64,000 nt of DNA from Lobosporangium transversale (Eukaryota): contig NW_019028979.1 in NCBI RefSeq assembly GCF_002105155.1, forward strand, positions 248,001-312,000. The letters run 5' to 3'. This document shows, piece after piece, positions 50,990 to 64,000 of this stretch. Within the stretch, counting starts at the first letter, position 1, and every line of letters starts with the position of its first letter. Under the pieces are notes generated by a model, which was not told the origin of the DNA, searched no databases, and saw only the letters and a program-made list of their open reading frames with translations. The position numbers and the translations under genes are program-made.

Positions 50990-53900
50990 CTATTTTCGCC
51001 TACTCGAACGCGAACTTGAGCTTTCTGGTGATCCCTTGCGAGATGCCTTCCCTGAAACTGCTGGGGATCCCTTTCTGGATGTTGCAGGCGAGGCTTTGAG
51101 AGATGACGCTGGTGATGCTCTGCTCGATGATGTTGCTCCTCCTTTCGTCTTTTTAACAGGCGTTTCTTCTTTCTTCTACACATATTTAGACAAGAATACA
51201 CAATGGTATAATTATAATAATAAAAAAGTCAATGGTTAATACCAAACTAAACCCAGACATCAGGAAACATAGCTCCAGCTCTTCCAAGTCCTTACCACTC
51301 CCTTGACAGGCTCGTCTGGTTTCTCGTCCGAGATTAAACATTTAATGAGATAAGCACATCGTCTCTGTAGCTCCAAGGGTGTGCGACTCTTTAGGAACCA
51401 ATCGAATCTGAACAAAGGACTCTTACGAATCTCATCCCTAATTTTGTCATATACATCGTCTGTGCCATACCCAAGACGCTCAAGTTGAATGATCAAAAAC
51501 CGATCCTCTTCTTCCGTATAGTTCCTGGTCTTCGTTTGATTATATGCGATCTTAAGCTGCTGCAACGGGACCCGATGACGATGAACCACTGCACTAAGTT
51601 GATCCTGAATATCAGACTGGCGTTGAAGCTTGCTCTCACCCTTTTCAATAGCAGTAATAATACGTTCATAATCTACAGGCACAAGTGAGGCAGAAGTCAG
51701 ATATTTTCAGATTCGACTACATTAAACAAACAAATAAACAAGTCTTGAAGTTCATCGTACCTGCAATTTCAGTATAACGTTTCCAAAAAACTTTTGAATA
51801 GGCCTTGACTTCTTGAAGCGTCTTTCCTTCAATTTCAGTTGTAATGTCAGCGAGATTACTACGCCCATACTTTTCACATGCTTTGTAGAATGAGATAAAA
51901 TCACGTTTGCTCCAATTTTCAAAGCCCTACAGACAAAGGAACAGTGAGCGTGGAATGGTAAAGAGTTACATTTTTGTACTTTCATTCGAGCGTAAAAGCA
52001 TACAAATTGAAGTAAAGTAGGGCCCTTACCGACTGTAAAAGTTCTTCTTTTTCAGCAATCTCCTCCTCAGTTAAAGGCTCAGCAGCGTCAATCAATGCCT
52101 GCTCATTCTGCTGCTGTTCCTCGAGTTCTTCCTCTGTCATATTGGCCGCCTCACTTCCAACGGCCTTTGGAACGCGATATCCGATCGACTTGCGATAAAA
52201 CAGCACTTCCTTCTCCTGTAACTCGTGGAGACGAGCAGGATAGAATTGAAAGTCCTGGATATTGAGTGCTTTAGGGGGTCGAGGCGCTTTTGTCGATGGA
52301 GCCTTTGGAGCAACACGCAATGCATCTCTATAGTAATCATCTACTGCATAGTTGGCCTTGCGCTCACGTTTCGCAGGCGTAATCCACAGCAAGCTTCCAT
52401 CGGCCTTTCTCTTGTTACTCCAGTCTTCGCCTTGCCAATCGTATGCACTTCCTTCTGCATTAGTGAATTTTGCTAAATCCTCGATTCCGAGGTTTGAATA
52501 TTTTTGATTTAGCTCTGCTGTCTTTTCCTCTCCGCGACGGAGGATCTGCTCAATATCAGGATCGTAAAAGTTATCCGTCGTGCTCTTAAACACATCTGCA
52601 GCTCCATGTTGAATCATTGTCAACAACTCATCCTTATTGGCAGTCTTCTGCTGCTGAGTCATGCGTCCTTGCTGAATGACAAGTTGATCCAATCGTAGTT
52701 TTTGCGCTGCTCGCTCCAATACTTTCTCCTCAATACCATTTTCCGTCACAAATCTAAAGACATACACCTGTTTCTTCTGGCCAATACGATGAGCACGATC
52801 CTGGGCCTGCAGATCAACCTGAGGATTCCAATCACTGTCATAAAGAACAACAATGTCGGCAGTAACCAAGTTGATACCGAGACCACCAGCACGAGTTGTA
52901 AGTAGGAAAATAAACTTTGAGCTATTGGGCTTGTTATATTCATCAATAGCAGTGACACGATCCTCATGGTTGGTTTGGCCATCAATACGACAATACTCTA
53001 TGGAAAAGTACAAATACAGGCTCTATAAGTTGATTGAACATGTACAAACCATGTGCAAAAACTTTAAATATATATGATAGAAACATACCATATCCACGGA
53101 AGACGCAATAATCCTCCAAGATATCGAGGACGCGACTCATCTGACTGAAGAGAAGCACGCGGGAACCTTGCTCTTTCATGCGTTTAAGTAGTTTGTCCAA
53201 TACAATCATCTTTCCTGCATTGTCAATAATGTGTTGATCGGTGGTATAAGGAGGCCCTGGCTCTGCGCCATCAAAAAGGTATGGGTGATTACAGCACTTG
53301 CGCAATTGCATGACGATATTCAAGAGCCTGGTCTTTCCCTCTCTCTTATTGGCACCTGCTCCATTGACAGCATCAATATCCTTCTCTAAAATTCTCTGAT
53401 ACCACTTGCGCTGCATTGGCGTTAGACCAACGTAGAGGTTGATTTCTTTCTTGGGCAACAAGCTCTTCTCAACATCGGATTTGATACGACGCAGCAAGAA
53501 GGGCCGCAACACCTTATGCAACTGCTGGACAACCTTATCCTGGTCTCCCCCTTGGGTCTCAAACCAAGCATCAAAGTCCTCTGCTGAGCTGAAAACATCT
53601 GGCAACAAAAAGTTAAGAAGTGCCCAAAGCTCATGAAGATTGTTTTGCAAAGGTGTCCCTGTAATCAAAAGTCGATTTCTTGAGTTGAAGGTGCGAATGA
53701 TCTGTGATAACTGCGAGTTTTCGTTTTTGATGCGATGGGCCTCATCAATGACAATATACTGCCAGGCAAACTTCTTCAAATGTGTCTTCTCCAATAAGCA
53801 GATGTCATATGACGTCAAGCAAACATCAAACTTTTGTGTAAGCAAGCGTGACTGAATCATAGCAGCCTAAAGTAGTAATACAATAGGTGAAGTTAGCGTG

Positions 53901-55539
53901 AGTGTCCGGTATTTCTTCATACAATTTCATATGAATGTATTTTGGCTGTAATGAAAGTTCCTTACACGTTCGTCCTTGTTAGCATGTAGCAAAAAGACAT
54001 TTGAATCCGGGAGCCACTTATTAAATTCACTCTTCCAATTGTAAAGGGTTGACTTCGGCACAATGACCAGGTGTGGTCCCGCAATACCCTCAATATGCTT
54101 TAGATATCCAAGAAACGAGATTGTTTGTAACGTTTTGCCCAGACCCTATAGAATAGCAAAGGATTCATAATTCATGCTTAGTAAGGCTACACTTTTTATA
54201 AAACCTGATGGAGACTTATTGCCTTCGGTAACAGTTACCATCTCATCCGCTAGAATTCCATTGATACCGTTCTTGAAAAGTGAGATCATCCAGTTAAGTC
54301 CTTGGATCTGATAATCCCGCAACGTACCGTTCTTGATGTCTATATGCCAAGGGCCGAGGTTAAACAAAAAAAAGAAATATGAACGAGTATGATTATGTGA
54401 GCGACGATGTAGATGGGCCATAATGATAGCCTTAAATGCAATTAAGGTACATTACATGCAGGTGATTCCGTGAACACAAATGAACTATCATCGTTCTCAT
54501 TTTCTTCATCTTTTAACAGCTCCTGATCTTCCTCCTTCTCGGTCTTGCGACCAGCACGAGATCCCTTGGGAGCTTTGACTTTCTCCTTGTATTCTTCGCC
54601 TCGCTCTACCAACAGCTTGGCAAACTCGGGGTCCTTCGCCTTCTTCAAATCAATGAAATGTTTAAAAAGTTCTACAGGGACGTAATTCAAATATCTGTTA
54701 GATCATAAGCCCACGATAATGAATGAAATATGAGTTTCAACAGAGGTACATTGCGCTTTAATGTACCTGTCTGCCCAAGGAGGTAAGAAATACGATTGGA
54801 GGTATCTACGAGCTATATTTTCGCCAGATCGGAGCGCACCAGACTGAATTGTTAGTTCAAGATCAGACCATATATCATCAAGTCCAGATTAACTGTTGGT
54901 TAAAGGGAAATTGGATATAGAAGATCTAGTTGCTTTGTGTGTGTATTTTTTACCTTGGCCTTGTCCATCTCGACAATGTCCTTCTCAAAGTTCTCTTTCT
55001 GTTGCTGGATCAATGCACGATCCTGTTCACGCTGCAACTTGCGCTCTGCCTTCAGGAGCTTATCCTGATCCTTCTTTGTAAGTTTCTCTTCTGGCTTCTC
55101 ATCTGGCTATATTTGTAGTGAGACCATTTTCGATTATAGGATTAAAGAAAAGAAAAAAATTTAAGAAAAGAAAAGAGGACAAAACACATTTTACATACAT
55201 TAGGTGGAGCAAGGATGCAAGTGTGACATGACGCATGCTTATACAATATTGGGTTCAAAATGATAGACATATAACCCTGAAGGTTGCTAATGACGCGTTG
55301 ATGCTTAAATTCATATATTGACTTACATTATGCATGGTCTCGTCTTCAGACATATGCTCGGCAATCTAAAATTAAACAATCGCAAAAAAAAAAGTAAATT
55401 GCAAGTTAGATAACACTGCCGAAATTACTGGCTGTTTATTATTATCGCTGTGGTTTATTTTATTGCCCTCTGCCAGGATAAAGCCATGCATACGGCTGTG
55501 GCAAAAAGGTAAAAAGCGCCATACCTCTTCATTGTTCAT
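50990..55539 (-). CDS. ISWI family chromatin remodelling ATPase (Isw1/Isw2/SMARCA5), many exons
   Basis: [75 protein letters not shown] region ([20 protein letters not shown]). The 5' micro-exons at 55539-55525 and 55365-55327 are inferred from GT-AG fits, so the start is less certain. Confidence 0.95.
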
Positions 55540-56190
55540 TGTGAATGACGGAATGAATGACAGAAGGGGGAAGTCGTTTCTATTTCTGTAAGCCTAGTTT
55601 TGAAAGTGAAAACTGATGAGCAAGCTTATCTCTGCCCTGCTCTGTTTTGTCAAATGTAAATGGTATTCAAGGAGGGAACGCGTTTTAGAGCTTATTCCCG
55701 ATTAAAGCCTCCACATACAAGCAAGTGGAGGCGCAAGTTTGCTGGACACAGAAGGTCAGATACAATCGAAAATCAATGAAATACTAGGTGCAGTGAGTAG
55801 AAAATAAAAGGAAGTAACTGAAAGGAAAAAAAAAAAAAATGCTGCTATTTTATAAGGTAGAGAGGTATGTTCCGATGAAAAGAACAATGGTGTCTTTCGT
55901 TTGTGATGTGTACAGGATGAGATGGGTGATGGTACTCGACAAAGAAAAAGAGAAGAAAGAGGCGAGTAAAAAATAAAATAAAAAATAAATCAAAAAAGTA
56001 ACTGCACATACAAGCCACCAGGCAATATTAGATACTCTTCTTTCTTTATCTCCATAAACTAATTTTTTTTGACAGTTTGAAGTTTTATTTGTAAACAGAA
56101 CTTAATAAAAGTTCAAGTGATACTTGGGGAACAAAGGAAAAAACATCTATTACGCCAGATCTCTTAGCAAGATGTTCTTTTTTTTTTTTT

Positions 56191-56234
56191 CCTAGGACAC
56201 AGACGCGTCCTAGGGAAAATACTACGCGACGCGT
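56191..56234. promoter_or_regulatory. MCB-like (ACGCGT) cluster and 8-bp inverted repeat in the ISWI/ISY1 divergent promoter
   Basis: ACGCGT at 56203-56208 and 56229-56234, ACGCGA at 56224; inverted repeat CCTAGGAC-N8-GTCCTAGG at 56191-56214. Confidence 0.4.
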
Positions 56235-56764
56235 CTCCTACGGATAGCACAGCCTCCTATATCAATAGCATATAGTATGTAGAAGATCTTGCCTGAGAGG
56301 CAGATCGGACTAGTAATATATATTATATGTCTGTCCTGGTAGCCCTTCGAGGTGTCTGGTAAGAATACTTTGTATCTGTGTTTTTTATTTCTCAACATTT
56401 AACGCACAATTCTCTTCGAGACCTTGCGTAGATCGTGCCTTCTATTTTTGGAAAGTGGTGGTTTTCTAGACAATGCCTTTGAATATTTACTAGTCCCTCG
56501 TGCTTCAAGAGCTTTGGCATAGTAAATATTCTCAAAAACAGCTTACTGGGACTAGTCAGATAGCTCCTGTGGGGTTTGCTCCTTTTTGCTCTCAAGAAGA
56601 AAAGACAGAAGCTATAGGAAATGACGAAAAAATGGTGGCAAACTCAGACATTTTAGAAAAAAATAGTCGTCACATCATGTGACAAAGAACTCCTCTATTC
56701 TAATTCTCTTAATACCTTTACAATAACTAACTAGCTAACCAACCTAAACTAATAGTCGACAACC

Positions 56765-57836
56765 ATGGCCAGAAATGAAGAAAAAGCTCAGTATGGAAAG
56801 AGACCGACGTTTTTTAAAAGCACTATGCATACATCGTGCCAGCACAACTGATCAATTTATTTTTCTTTCATGCTTATGTCAAACATGATTCATGCAGATC
56901 TATGCTTTATCGCTTTCGCGAAGCAAAGAATGCAGAGCTAGGAGGATCAAAGAAACCAGAGCGGAGACCTTTTCGCATCACTGAAGTGTCATCCCTGACA
57001 GAAGCAGAAAAATGGCGTCGTAATGTTATTGGTGACATTTCTAGAAAGGTGTCCAAAATTCAGGATCGTAGGTGGAAGAAAAAAAAAGCTTTGTCGACCC
57101 ATTTCTTTATACATATGAAGGATAAAACGCCTATGCCTTCGTCAATTGACCTTTATTTTCTCGTGTCTTTAATAGCTGGTTTGTCTGATTTCCAAATCAG
57201 AGACTTGAACGACGAGATCAATAAATTAATGCGTGAAAAATATCGATGGGAGCAACAAATCAAAGACTTGGGAGGCGTGGATTACAGGGTATCTTTCAAA
57301 ATTGGGGAAGCCAACAATGGTCCATAAAATCGTTCTTTTGGGAGAATGAAAAATCCCGAGGTTAACACATCCTCAAATGCTTATAACGAATAGATCACGG
57401 GACCAAAGACATTGGATGCTCAAGGCAAAGAGGTTCCTGGCGCCCGTGGATACAAGTATTTTGGGCGCGCTAAGGATCTACCAGGAGTTAAGGAGCTTTT
57501 CCAACCTAAACGTAGGCCGCATAAAACATTTTGAAAAGCTATTGCTATTACTATATAAGAGAAAAAGAAGTGATACTGCTACTTAATTAATTAAGCAATA
57601 TCTGATTCTTCCACTCGTCTATTAGCGTTGACACTCAAAGAGAAAACTAGAGCAGAGCTATACCGCCATATCGACGCAGATTACTACGGATATAGAGACG
57701 AAGAAGACGGGACACTCTTGGAATTTGAGGAGGAACAGGAAGAGATTGGTATGATTCCTTTCATTGTTCTGCCATTTGAAAGAAAAAAGAGGAAATTGAG
57801 ACGTGTATCCGTCTACAGATTGTGATCTTTCTCTTA

Positions 57837-57873
<37 letters not shown>

Positions 57874-58070
57874 CCATGAAAAAAGCTCTCGAGGATGCAG
57901 ATGAAGACGCTGGAAGCAAGATGGATGTGGATAGTCAGACAGAGAGGACAAAACCACTTGGTCGTTTATATGTCCCGTCTCAGAAGGAAGTTGAGGAGTA
58001 CCTTGTTAAGAGGAGGAAGCAAGCCATTATGGATCGCTTTGTCAACGACGATGTTGTCCAGAGCGCATGA
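56765..58070 (+). CDS. ISY1: Pre-mRNA splicing factor Isy1, 6 exons
   Basis: MARNEEKAQ|SMLYRFRE; IRDLNDEINKLMREK; GYKYFGRAKDLPGVKELF; IDADYYGYRDEED. Confidence 0.96.
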
Positions 58071-58429
58071 TTATAAAGAAGAACTCGTGCATTGTACTTT
58101 ATAATATTCAATAAAAAAGAATCAAAAGGAAAAGCATCGCACAGGAAAAAAAGAGGATGTAATATCAAATTATATTTATGGCTATATGAGCATATGTTGG
58201 AGCAGTTTTTTATCAAAGCAATCTTTTCTTGCCTTGCTTGCGTGCAAGCACTTTATTCGATCCTGCAGGCGCAACCAGAAAAGCGGTCACCAAGAAACTC
58301 ATCTAACTATGTGTTCCCTCTCATTCAAGAGTACCTCTCTCAATTCAACAACATTCATCCTCATCTTGCTTACACCTTCTCTACCCTTCGCACCTTTATT
58401 TATCTACCGCTTTTTATTTTTTCTGTAAT

Positions 58430-60740
58430 ATGAGAACATCTGTATGTCTACCTGCCTTTATAACCCTTGCCCTGAGTGTGGCCATCGCGAAGGCCACTGT
58501 CGAGCCTATCCGTGGGGTTTCACCTTCTAGTAAATTTTAATCTTTTCCAGCTCTTTGCTCGTAAATAAAAGAAAAAGTAAAAAAGGGGAGACTGATAATT
58601 GATCCGAGCTTTGAAATAAATTAATTAGATGCCGATCGATACGTTCCTGATAAAAATGGACAATGGAAATGCCAGGATGGATTGAAAACAATTCCTTTTT
58701 CGGCCATTAATGATGACTATTGCGACTGTCAAGACGGTTCAGACGAGCCTGGTAAGTGAAGAGGACCTCTACTTTATTTTATTTTTTTTATTTTTTTACA
58801 CTCACTCTTTTGCTTTTTCTTCACCTTCTTAGGCACATCTGCCTGTGGGACATGGCCCTTTTACTGTAAAAACATTGGCCATGTGGGTAATGAGATCAAG
58901 TCATCCCGAGTAAACGATGGTGTCTGTGATCCAGAATGCTGCGATGGCAGTGACGAAAGCGATGGTCAAATTCATTGTCCTAATATCTGTGAAGAAGTCG
59001 GCACTCGTGCTAGAGAGGAGCAGGAAAGGATTCAGAAGATCCGTCGAAATGGAAGCCGGCTAAGGAGACAGTACATTCAACGCGGAAAAAACATCAAACA
59101 GAAAATGATGAAGGATTTGAGAGATCTGAAGTCTAAAACAAAGCAGTTAGAAAACCAGACAGCTGCTGCGAAAAGTGAGTCTTACTTTATTTATTTTGAA
59201 ATTACTCAGTGATGAATGAGTATCTTATACTCCAATATCTTTGTACTCCTGCGAAAAAGAAAAACTAGAGGCCGCCAATGAGAAACAAGAAGCGTATTTC
59301 GAAGGGTCAAAGAAAGAACGTGAAGCTACCCGCAAAACTCAATTGGTGTCGTTCATCAAGGAACAGAAAGTACGTCTAAAGCGTGCTCATGAGAGCAGGG
59401 AATTACTCTTTAACACTTTGAAAACCCTCAAGGAAAATCACAATAAGAATTACCACGATCTCATCGTCAAGGACACAGTCGCTGGATTCGATGAATACAT
59501 TACAGGTCAGGGAGAGGATTGGATGAGCACAATTTATGCAGGGGACAAGGACGGTGATAATGACAACAACAGCGATGAAGTTGCTATTGAAGGCTCCTCG
59601 GACAGTCATTTCAAAGCACTGGTGGAAGAAACAAACATCATTTTGCGAGAAATCGGCTCCTTGTTCGATCTGCTCGATAGTATGCGACTTGATTATAACA
59701 AGGAATATAATGATGAGGCGGTCCTGGCAGCTGTCAAGGTTACTGAGGATTTTGAAGCCATTTGGAACCTGGATCGCCAAGAGTTCAAGGGCGAAGAGCC
59801 ATTAGAGATCCCTGAGGAGGAGCAAGGAGACACTCCGGAGGCACTAAGGCTGAAAGAAGGTAAGGACAACAATCCGCATTAGCACGTTGGTCATTGACTG
59901 TTTTTTGGACTTGTCAATGTAGTTTACTATGTCTCGTAACAATGAAACCGTTCTTTTTAATAGAAGTGACTTTGGCACAAGAGGAATATGATACGGTATC
60001 AAACGAGGAACGAGAAGTGAGCGAACGTATCACCGATATCGAGAAAAAAATGAAGATGGACTTTGGTCCAGATGAGACTTTTGCTGAGCTTCTAGACCAA
60101 TGTTTCGAATATAAGGATATTGAGTACGTTTGTGGCACACTTCACTTCATTGGTATGCATCGATTATTGAATTGTCTTGTGAAATCTCAACTTTTTTATT
60201 TTTATCTCTTAGGTACATCTACTCAATCTGTCTTTATGGTGGTGCACACCAAAAATCATCTACGACAACCTCTCTTGGGTAAAGCAACGCTTTTTTTTTT
60301 CTCACTATGAATTAGATATCTATGAGGTAACCACGAACTTTATCCTTTCTCATTTAAACTCTTCTTTTTATCTTATTAGCACATTCGCGGCATGGGATAC
60401 TGAGACAGATGTTCCATACACTGTCCAGCATTATACGCGTGGCGACAAGTGCTGGAATGGGCCTGAACGCTCTGTTAGATTCGAGATGAACTGTGGTGAA
60501 ACTAATGAGATCATCTCTGTATCAGAGCCAGCCAAGTGTGAATACTTAATCAAGTTTCAAACACCTGCTGTGTGTTCTCTATTGGCCGATGATGATGCTG
60601 ATATCGATGATCAAACAAAAGGAGCAAATGAAGCACCTGTTGTCGCAGCACCGGGCTCTGTCAAGAACAAGGATAGCAAGAATAGTCTCAACACACATAA
60701 GGATAGCAAGGATGGTCCTAAAGCACATGATGAACTCTAG
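58430..60740 (+). CDS. GTB1: Glucosidase II beta subunit (PRKCSH/Gtb1), multi-exon
   Basis: Signal peptide; INDDYCDCQDGSDEP|GTSAC; VNDGVCDPECCDGSDE; MRH domain (GDKCWNGPERSV...CG...VSEPAKCEY); C-terminal HDEL. Confidence 0.96.
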
Positions 60741-62636
60741 ACAAAGACATCTATAATACACGTACAGCATAAAAAAAGACGTAGTGTTGCGAAAGAGAGC
60801 AAGACTGAGAAGACTATTTTTTTCGAAGTGAGATGAGACAGTCAGTTCTTGGGTTGGTGTTGCATTAAGAGAGAAATGGAATTGACTTTTTACTTATCAG
60901 ATCAAAATGGCTCTTTGGATAATGAGCTTTTTTTTTGGGAGGGTCCCACTCCTATAGACTATAAACTGTACATGTACAAGTTTTTGGGACTAGATTTATA
61001 CTAGGCTAAACTTCGTTTATCCATTTTAGTCTTGACCGTCGTTGAAATAAATCACAGCATAAAGTGTGAAAGAGCTCTGGCGGGACCTGAAATACGGGTG
61101 AGACACGGAATCCAGTTCATCATCACCACCAACCTCTCGCCCTCCGCCGTTTTTTTGGGGGAGATACTAGGATGAGTATCAGAGAAATAGAAAATGAACT
61201 GGGCAAAGGGCAAAAACATCGACGTATGGAAAATGAGCCGCTTTTCCCCTACTTCAAGAGCTTTTTGGAGGACGTCAAGTAGGATCATTGATTGTTCCGG
61301 CTGTCGTCTCCCAGTTTAGAACAAGCATCTTGTGTATCCTGTATGTATTTTGCTCTTTTTTTTTTTTTTTTTGCTCTCTTTTTTTCTTTCTTTACTTCTA
61401 CGCGTTCATAATTATACTTTCCAAACAGCTTTGAACTCTTAGGAATGAAGCGAGGGCGAAGATAGCAAGGGGGGAGAAAGCAAGGGCAAAGACAAAAAAG
61501 ATGATTAATAAAATAAAAAGTAGGGCGAATTCTTCACTTGCTCAAAGCTCTGTTTTGTTTTTCCTAAAGATTCTTGGACAATGTTCCATGAAGCCTTCAA
61601 GCCCACTATCTCTTTTACAGAGATTTTGTTTTGACTGAAGGCAATAGACTTGGTTTGATCCATGAGACGGACGATAGATGATGAAGATGAACGATAGACT
61701 TGCAGGGAATGACTCGGTCTATCAATTTGCCTATTGTCTAAATCAAGTGCATTATTTTTATTATTTTTAAACCTCGGCGTAGAGGACACTTTCGTTCCCG
61801 GATGCTTAACCCTATAAGACTCGCGCATGCCAATTCAAATAAATAAAATAAAATTTTAATGCCTTGAGAGCACAAGAATAATTGTCTACAGGAAAAAAAC
61901 TGTTCAAGGCATTCATTTTTAGAATGTTTCTTACGAACCATGCAACCATGCTTTTGGTCAGTAACCGTCGTATTTGTGGTACTCAATCAGATGTACCCTA
62001 AAGTCAGGAAATACACACCAGTGAACTGAACTGAATAAAAAAAAAAAAGAAAAAAAAAATGTAGGGCACATACAGCTCCCATGAACCCTTTTGTTCATTC
62101 ATCCACTCGCAATGGGAACCCAAAAGGGAGCAAGCGCCATGTTGTCTCATCATCCGCCCTCTCTCCTTGTCACGCCCTCCTTTCTCCTTTTTGTTTTTTT
62201 TATATAAAATTATACGGCTCCCAACTTTCCTTCTTTTCTTTTTTTTCCACCCTTCCATCCTCCTTCCTCTTCATACGCTCTCCTCTTCTAACATCTCTGT
62301 TGCAAAGATCTTGACCGTAGTCTTGATCTATAGCATCCTCTTCCTAGCCTTGCATCCTTTGCAAATTCCTTCCCTTCCATCCCTTTTCAGGGTATAAAGA
62401 TTCCCTCCCACCGAAATCCTTACCCACACCTACACACATTCCATACGTCCGACCACCTTTCATCTCCAACCATCGATAACGTACCTCATCATCATTATCG
62501 CTCTATCAATTCATCTTCCAATCTCTCTAATCTCTCCTTCCTTTGATAGTTGTACCTTCCTGTCCATCGATCTTGAAAACTAATTAAGGTTTTGATACGA
62601 TCTGATTAAAGCGCAACCACATTTATTTACAGCAGA

Positions 62637-63059
62637 ATGAAATTCACTTCCATCCTCACCCTGACTGCTGCCTTGTGCGCTGTCACTGCAGCTGCTCCAT
62701 CCAAAAATGATTCCTGCACATTGATGTCTCAACAGGCCAGCAAACGAGGCGCTTCAATGAGCTATGGAGCCGTGAAGGGTTGCTTTGAGAGCCACCCATA
62801 CCGTCCTGACGTTGCTGAAAGGTCTTTGAGATCTGTGGAGAGAATGCTTAGCAACTTTTATGCATTTGTGGAACAAGCCAAACAAGATCCCGTCAAAGTT
62901 CCTGGTGGAAGCATCTTCAAATCCAAGCCCGTGGATATCCTCGGCGAGCTGGCCAGGATCCGTAGAAAGAAGGATTGGAAGAGCGACTATGAGTTCCAGA
63001 ACGCGATTGCTTATTTGCTTCTTTCGGTTAACGATGGCCATCTCTCCTACACGAGTAAG

Positions 63060-63109
<50 letters not shown>

Positions 63110-64000
63110 GAAAATCAAACAATCAATAAGAGAGGGATGCTAAATATATCTTTATTTATTATTTTTATTAATTTACATTAGACTACTGCTACAGGACTGC
63201 AGTTTTCCGGCAGCCTATCTCGCTCTACGCACCTGTAGTCAATGGCAAACAATCTGTACGTGTCTTTCACGTCAATACCGAATTCTCGAGCAAAGGTCTT
63301 CCCAAAGATCCAGCCTCCTTGACTGAATGTGAAGTTCTCACTATCAATGGCAAGCCCGCTATGCAATATGTTCAAGAGTTCACTGACCGCACTTCAGGTA
63401 TCTCCAAGGATCCAGGTGTTCGTCTCAATGACGCCTTCGCAAGCACATCCTGGGTTGGTGACCGCTGGGCTATCAGTCCCGGTGGATTCGCATACCGTTG
63501 GGAGCTTCCAGAGAAGTCATCGGTGGATTACACCCTCAAATGTCCAAAGAACCAGACCTTGAAATTGACTGTTCCTTGGGATATCCGTGCTTCAGACATG
63601 TTTGAAATTGATTATTCTAAGAATCAAAAAGCCTATTGGAGATACCAATGTGATGCTAATGGCTATTATGACAATTACAACGACGGAAAGAACAGCAACA
63701 ACAGAGCCAACAGCGCCAAGAGACTTACCTCTCCCCGTTTCATTAATGGGGGCGTGTCTATCAAAGGAGGTGTCTCTGTTACTGTCGCTCCAGCTACGAC
63801 CACCTTTCAGCGGCGTGGTGCCCTTCCAGCGGAGGAAGCTTCTAACACGTATGATGCTCCTCGCAACGGCAAATCTGGTAGCAAGGGACCATCAGTGATT
63901 ACTCAGGCAAAGCTGGTGGATTACACTACCACGACTGCATTCTATAAGATGAATGGTAGCAAGTACTCGGATGTCTGTGTCGCTGTCATCTCAACCCAGA
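62637..64000 (+). CDS. Secreted peptidase S41 (tail-specific protease/CPAF-like) family protein, 3' end outside the window
   Basis: Signal peptide MKFTSILTLTAALCAVTAA; FYAF...VDILGEL...SDYEFQNAI...VNDGHLSY; second exon from 63182 (CYRTAVFRQPISLYAPV...CEVLTING...SKDPGVRLN). The catalytic region is not in the window. Confidence 0.72.

Noticed and set aside
1..64000. tRNA, rRNA, CRISPR array, LTR or transposase
   Set aside because: No cloverleaf or T-loop context, repeat-spacer array, terminal repeats or RT/transposase motifs seen by eye; small ncRNAs could have been missed without covariance searches.

Overview
A gene-dense, intron-rich eukaryotic window with short GT-AG introns and many long poly-A/T tracts. 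It looks like an early-diverging fungus, probably Mortierellaceae/Mucoromycota (inference from gene content and style). About 21 protein-coding genes are supported. In order: three paralogous 60-72 aa microproteins, a TMF1/Sgm1 golgin, an HSPA12-type Hsp70, Dam1, an attractin/MEGF8-like receptor (CUB-EGF-Kelch-PSI-TM), a MARVEL/TMEM179-like tetraspan, an unknown type I membrane protein, PMR1, a large unknown protein, YKT6, XLF/Nej1, BolA3, a 3xKH RNA-binding protein, an animal-type glutamate dehydrogenase, an unknown intronless ORF, ISWI, ISY1, glucosidase II beta, and a secreted S41-like peptidase that runs off the right end. I saw no tRNA, rRNA, CRISPR or convincing transposon. The most notable items are (1) the microprotein cluster with shared peptide and promoter motifs, (2) the attractin-like protein whose cytoplasmic motifs appear conserved but split by very large insertions, (3) an extra winged-helix-like domain on Dam1, and (4) several animal-like genes. 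All calls come from motif recognition by eye; no database search was run.
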